DNA from: an uncultured Saprospiraceae bacterium
Lineage (GTDB): Bacteria; Bacteroidota; Bacteroidia; Chitinophagales; Saprospiraceae
NCBI GenBank assembly: GCA_937927575.1
Contig: CALBEE010000058.1
Location: 1,489 to 65,488 of the forward strand
Reading direction: 5' to 3'
DNA length: 64,000 nucleotides
The notes below the pieces were generated by a model that was not told where the DNA came from, searched no databases, and was given only the letters and a program-made list of their open reading frames with translations. Made by a program: the position numbers and the translations under genes. The stretch's first letter is position 1. Each line of letters begins with the position of its first letter. This document shows, in pieces, positions 59,969 through 64,000 of this stretch.

Positions 59969-61525
59969 TTATTCTAAATATTGTTTCAGTCCTGAGTAAA
60001 CTCCTAAAGTCCAGCTATATGCATCTTTTCCCTGATAGGCGCCGGCCATCTTTTCTGGATCTGTCTCTGATAAGTTATACATTTCTGTAATCCTACCAGT
60101 AGCTGTAAATGTATTCTCTATGGTATTCAAATATCTAACAGCAATTTTTTTTGCAAGATCTTTGTGGCCGTAATTATCGAGTCCTTTGACGGCAATATAT
60201 TGTAGAGGAGCATGAGCATTAGGAGCATCCCATTCATAGTTACTAAAATCATCAGTGTCCATAAGGCCGCCGTCTTTTAATAATGTTCTTTCTACAAACT
60301 CGGCCACTCCATCAGCTTGTTCTTGACTACACATCTTTGTAAATAATGGATACAGCATGGCTAACGTAGCTTTACCTGTCCTAGCCTGCTTTTTATAATT
60401 TACATCCTCAAAAATTTTCTTTTTACTGTCCCAATGTAAACTATCCAATGACAATTTTCGTACATCTCTTTTCGATTGAATCTCATTAATTTGATCGTCC
60501 TTACCTAGAAGATTATACGCTTTAATTAATGTATTTTCTAAATGAAACAATAACGAGTTTAAATCTATAGAAGAAACTTGACGCGAAAATGTAGACCACG
60601 TCCTTTTATTATCACCTAACCATCTAGAGCTTCTTTGCCATCCGGATTCCGAATTAGATCTATTTACTCGATACAAATGATTTCCTTCTCTTTTATCACT
60701 CAAAAATTTTTCATCTCTAGGGTTATCACTGGGGTCATTATATCGAGTAAGTAATTTATCTCCAATTTTAATGGTATGGCCAATACCGTTATGCTCTGCT
60801 ATTTCTGCATCTTCTTTGATCCAATAATCATGTTCTTTTTTCAATTGAGAAATATATTCGGAGTATACACTTTCTCCTTCGTGCGTTGCTAATAACTCGA
60901 CCATATGAGAGAAAAAAGGTTGATTGGACCTAGACGTCATATACGTTCTATTGGTTTCCGGTATATGTCCGATCTTATCTATCAAAAAAGCAAAATTGTC
61001 TACCATATCACTTACCATATTCCACTTGCCTTCAGCTGCCAATCCAACCATTATAAAATAGCTGTCCATATATCTCATTTCTAACTGTGCTCCGTTAATT
61101 GGTATATATGGATGAGGTAATTCTATCAAAGAAGAATATTGCGGTTGATTAGAGGAGTTGAAGGAAAGTGCAGACCAAAGCTCAGAAGAAAAATCTGAAA
61201 TACTTTTAGATTGATCCGTAACGAAATTAATTTTCCTAGGAGTAGCCAATTGCCAATGCTCACTAATAAATTTTTGTAGATCAAAATCACTGTTGTTCTT
61301 TTGTTTCCTGAAGGCCAGCTTAATATCTTTTATCTCACTCTTAGGAAATCCGTCTGCGATTTGTTTACTAATACCCAATGTATCCAATGATAATATTTCT
61401 TCATACATACCACCAAAAATATCTTTCGGTCTTTCTATTCCTGAAGGAGGTGCATACACATAAGGATCTTCACAAGCTGTAAATAAAAAAAGAACCCCAA
61501 AAACATATAAAAATCTAGACATCAT
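59969..61525 (-). CDS. treA: Alpha,alpha-trehalase (GH37) lipoprotein
   Basis: Lipobox LFTAC. GH37 signature-1-like PINGAQLEMRYMDSYF. Signature 2 WDAPNAHAPLQ (consensus QWDxPxAWAP). Confidence 0.65.
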   Translation of the reverse strand: MMSRFLYVFGVLFLFTACEDPYVYAPPSGIERPKDIFGGMYEEILSLDTLGISKQIADGFPKSEIKDIKLAFRKQKNNSDFDLQKFISEHWQLATPRKINFVTDQSKSISDFSSELWSALSFNSSNQPQYSSLIELPHPYIPINGAQLEMRYMDSYFIMVGLAAEGKWNMVSDMVDNFAFLIDKIGHIPETNRTYMTSRSNQPFFSHMVELLATHEGESVYSEYISQLKKEHDYWIKEDAEIAEHNGIGHTIKIGDKLLTRYNDPSDNPRDEKFLSDKREGNHLYRVNRSNSESGWQRSSRWLGDNKRTWSTFSRQVSSIDLNSLLFHLENTLIKAYNLLGKDDQINEIQSKRDVRKLSLDSLHWDSKKKIFEDVNYKKQARTGKATLAMLYPLFTKMCSQEQADGVAEFVERTLLKDGGLMDTDDFSNYEWDAPNAHAPLQYIAVKGLDNYGHKDLAKKIAVRYLNTIENTFTATGRITEMYNLSETDPEKMAGAYQGKDAYSWTLGVYSGLKQYLE

Positions 61526-61693
61526 AAAGCATACTTTTTAGACCATCCCCTAATTTATAAACGGTATCATCATATATACTATTCTATAGATATGCGCTAT
61601 AATTAATCGGACCAACTATAGATATATCTATACCAAAAATAAAAGACCCACCCGAATAGGTGAGCCTTTCAGCATTCTAAAGTATTTTACTTA

Positions 61694-63238
61694 TCATTCT
61701 TCTACTGTGGCATCATCAGCTTGAGGAGTTGACTTCTCTTCAGTTTTCTTTCCTACTAAAGCTGAAGGTAAACTCATCCCACTTTGCTCAAGAAAATCAT
61801 TTAGTTGTGGTACCATTCCATATAAGCCTTGCACAAAATTACCTACACCTTGTCCATTGCCATTATCATATACAACAATCTTATCGATTTCAATATCCTT
61901 AATCGCGTCAGTTTGGATCTTAGCTAATTCCGTAAGTTTATCTATCATTAGATAACCTATTGCACTTTCAGGGTCTCCTCCTGCTGCTTCTACTAACTTT
62001 TGGAATCCTTCTGCCTGCTTAGTGAGCAGTTCTTCTTGACCTTTGGCCTGAGCCATATATCGAGCCAATACTGCATCTGCTTCTCCTTTCGCTATTTCTC
62101 TTTGACGCTCAGCTTCTGCTTGGGCGGCAATTACAGCTTTCTGTTTAGCAATGTCTGCATCTACTACTTCTTCAGCTTGTTTTCTGGCCAATTCTTTTTT
62201 AGCCCTTGCATCTTCAGCAGCTGTTTCGGCTATATAAGATTCTTCTAATGCCTTTGCTGCTGCCACTTTTCTCGCGGCAGTAGCTTTCCTTTCAGCCTCC
62301 GCTACTTGTACATCTTTAAGTGCATTAGAATTTGCAATTTTTATGTTGGCTTCATTCTTACCTTGAATAGCCAATGCATTTGCATCTGCTTCTCCAATTT
62401 CTGCTTTAGAATTTGCCTCTGCTACAGAAATTCTTTGTTGCTGAGTCGCATTAGCCTCTCCAATTTCTGCTAAACTATTAGTCTCAGCGACTTTAATTCT
62501 TTGTGCTTGAGTAGCTACTGCTTCTCCAATTTCTGCACGCGAATTGGCATCAGCAACCTTCACTCTCTGATCTTGTTGTGCTTCTGCCTGACCAATAGCT
62601 CCAGTTCGTTCTTCATTCGCAACTTTTATTTTCGCATCGTTAATTGCTTTCGCTGCAGCCTCTTTTCCTAATGCTTGTATATATCCGGATTCATCTTGAA
62701 TATCTGTAACGTTTACGTTGATTAATTCAAGACCAATTTTATTCAATTCGTTACCTACATTTCTATATACAGATTCTACAAACTTATCTCTATCTGTATT
62801 GAGTTCTTCAATATCCATATTGGCGATTACCAATCTCATCTGTCCCATGATAATATCATGTGCCAATGATCTAATAGAAGGTTGATCTAATCCTAATAAT
62901 CTCTCCGCTGCTGCAAGCATTAAGTCGGGTTTATTACTTACACCCACCGTAAATTGTGCAGGCACAGACACTCTAATGTTTTGCTTTGAAAGTGCATCTT
63001 GAAGATTCACATCTATACTAATAGGTGTCAAATCTAAGTACCTATAGTCTTGGAATACTGGAACTATAAATGCCGCTCCTCCTGCATAACATTTAGCAGA
63101 TGATTCACCGCCAGTTTTACCATATACTACGAGTATCTTATCTGATGGACAACGTTTGTATCTCGATATACAAAAAATTAATGTACCAATAATAAGGATT
63201 ACTAAAAATCCAATTAAACCTATTCCTTCTACTCCCAT
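61694..63238 (-). CDS. Flotillin-like SPFH/band-7 protein (YqiK family)
   Basis: N-terminal TM. SPFH domain. Long Ala/Glu-rich coiled coil with three tandem ~20-aa repeats (...AEIGEA.AT...). Confidence 0.75.
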   Translation of the reverse strand: MGVEGIGLIGFLVILIIGTLIFCISRYKRCPSDKILVVYGKTGGESSAKCYAGGAAFIVPVFQDYRYLDLTPISIDVNLQDALSKQNIRVSVPAQFTVGVSNKPDLMLAAAERLLGLDQPSIRSLAHDIIMGQMRLVIANMDIEELNTDRDKFVESVYRNVGNELNKIGLELINVNVTDIQDESGYIQALGKEAAAKAINDAKIKVANEERTGAIGQAEAQQDQRVKVADANSRAEIGEAVATQAQRIKVAETNSLAEIGEANATQQQRISVAEANSKAEIGEADANALAIQGKNEANIKIANSNALKDVQVAEAERKATAARKVAAAKALEESYIAETAAEDARAKKELARKQAEEVVDADIAKQKAVIAAQAEAERQREIAKGEADAVLARYMAQAKGQEELLTKQAEGFQKLVEAAGGDPESAIGYLMIDKLTELAKIQTDAIKDIEIDKIVVYDNGNGQGVGNFVQGLYGMVPQLNDFLEQSGMSLPSALVGKKTEEKSTPQADDATVEE

Positions 63239-63293
63239 GATTGCTTGATTTTTGTTTTTAAAAAAATTCTAATTAATAATATGCTCTAATTAC

Positions 63294-63845
63294 CTAAGGG
63301 TATTCTGATATCTCTTCGTTGAAAACCTCGACTATTGCATAATCACTTTTGGTGTCCACTACAACTATTGATTCTCCTGTTTTTATTTCTTTACCATTTT
63401 TAGATTTAGCTTTTAACTCCCTAGAAGTTCCTCGTATATCTACTAACACTATTCCTTCTCCACCTCTGGGGATTTTCAAATAAGTTTTTCCTTTCTGGAA
63501 TAAAGAATCACTCACTTCCCAATTCACATTTTCTTGGTTATTTAAAAATAATTTGAAAATATAATTCAATATTGCAAAAGCAATAATACCCGAAAAAATA
63601 CCGGCAGTAATAGAAATAGTTTTACCGTTATTATTAAGCATAAGAATTTTCATAACCCAAGAACCTATTGAGAGAAACGTAAGACCACCCTTTACCAACC
63701 CAATTCCTCCGGCACTAGTATCAACATCTCCACCACCTGTTTCGATATCAACATCAATATCGAGACCACCAAGAAGAGATAGCAATAGTAACAGGACTAA
63801 TATTCCTCCAGCTATAATAGAAACCCAAGTGAGTACTGTGATCAT
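63294..63845 (-). CDS. NfeD/YqiJ-like membrane protein (flotillin-associated)
   Basis: Two hydrophobic TM segments. C-terminal OB-fold-like region. Immediately upstream of flotillin in the same orientation. Confidence 0.5.
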   Translation of the reverse strand: MITVLTWVSIIAGGILVLLLLLSLLGGLDIDVDIETGGGDVDTSAGGIGLVKGGLTFLSIGSWVMKILMLNNNGKTISITAGIFSGIIAFAILNYIFKLFLNNQENVNWEVSDSLFQKGKTYLKIPRGGEGIVLVDIRGTSRELKAKSKNGKEIKTGESIVVVDTKSDYAIVEVFNEEISEYP

Positions 63846-64000
63846 GACGATTGACTTTAAAGAAGTATAATTAAGAGCATTCTATTAATATACTTCTGAT
63901 GATTGAATTGCTCCGTTAAACTACAAAGAATTAATGATTGCGTTAATCCCTGCAGTTACAATATTAACGTATTCATAACAACGCTTCGTTCCGGTCTATA

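Noticed and set aside
1-64000. Prophage, integrative element or IS element
   Set aside because: No integrase, transposase, recombinase, phage structural genes or flanking tRNA/direct-repeat signatures were seen. Gene content is chromosomal housekeeping plus envelope functions.
1-64000. tRNA/rRNA genes
   Set aside because: I scanned intergenic regions (for example 9713-9989, 24810-25014, 25633-25912, 47400-47667, 53780-54372) for GTTCGA/TTCGAATC-type T-arm motifs and cloverleaf candidates and found none.

Overview
The window is a 64 kb AT-rich chromosomal segment (about one third GC) that looks Flavobacteriia-like (Bacteroidota). Three predicted proteins carry type IX secretion (T9SS) C-terminal sorting domains, two type A and one type B (gliding-motility CTD). 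The Bacteroidetes -7 promoter element (TAnnTTTG) and SD-less leaders are consistent with that lineage. Intact long ORFs show that the standard genetic code is in use. I infer about 55 protein-coding genes and saw no rRNA, tRNA, CRISPR array, integrase, transposase or prophage genes. The main gene groups are:
- an ECF sigma / FecR anti-sigma / TonB-dependent receptor cell-surface signalling module, with an AraC regulator and a His-rich lipoprotein next to it;
- a DUF1800 + Tat-exported DUF1501 pair, where the DUF1800 gene is cut by a single in-frame TGA;
- a five-gene MacAB-TolC-like efflux operon (TolC, HlyD, DUF2064, ABC ATPase, FtsX permease) with a DUF2064 gene sitting inside it and a His-rich periplasmic loop in the permease;
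- an outer-membrane / periplasmic redox and quality-control cluster (DUF6029-like beta-barrel, Omp28-like CxxC lipoprotein, TlpA thioredoxin, HtrA protease);
- a T9SS-related set: three secreted repeat proteins (one 1860 aa with many PKD domains), a DUF5103 / T9SS-plug-like protein and a HEAT-repeat-cyclophilin lipoprotein;
- housekeeping genes: metG, mutL, two rhomboid proteases, an EEP-family nuclease/phosphatase, yifB/comM, a true ogt, a Cys-less alkyltransferase-like (ATL) paralog, a class IV aminotransferase, a GH37 trehalase, a flotillin/NfeD pair, a type A chloramphenicol acetyltransferase and a half-size ABC exporter.
All functional calls come from motifs I read in the translations, not from database searches.
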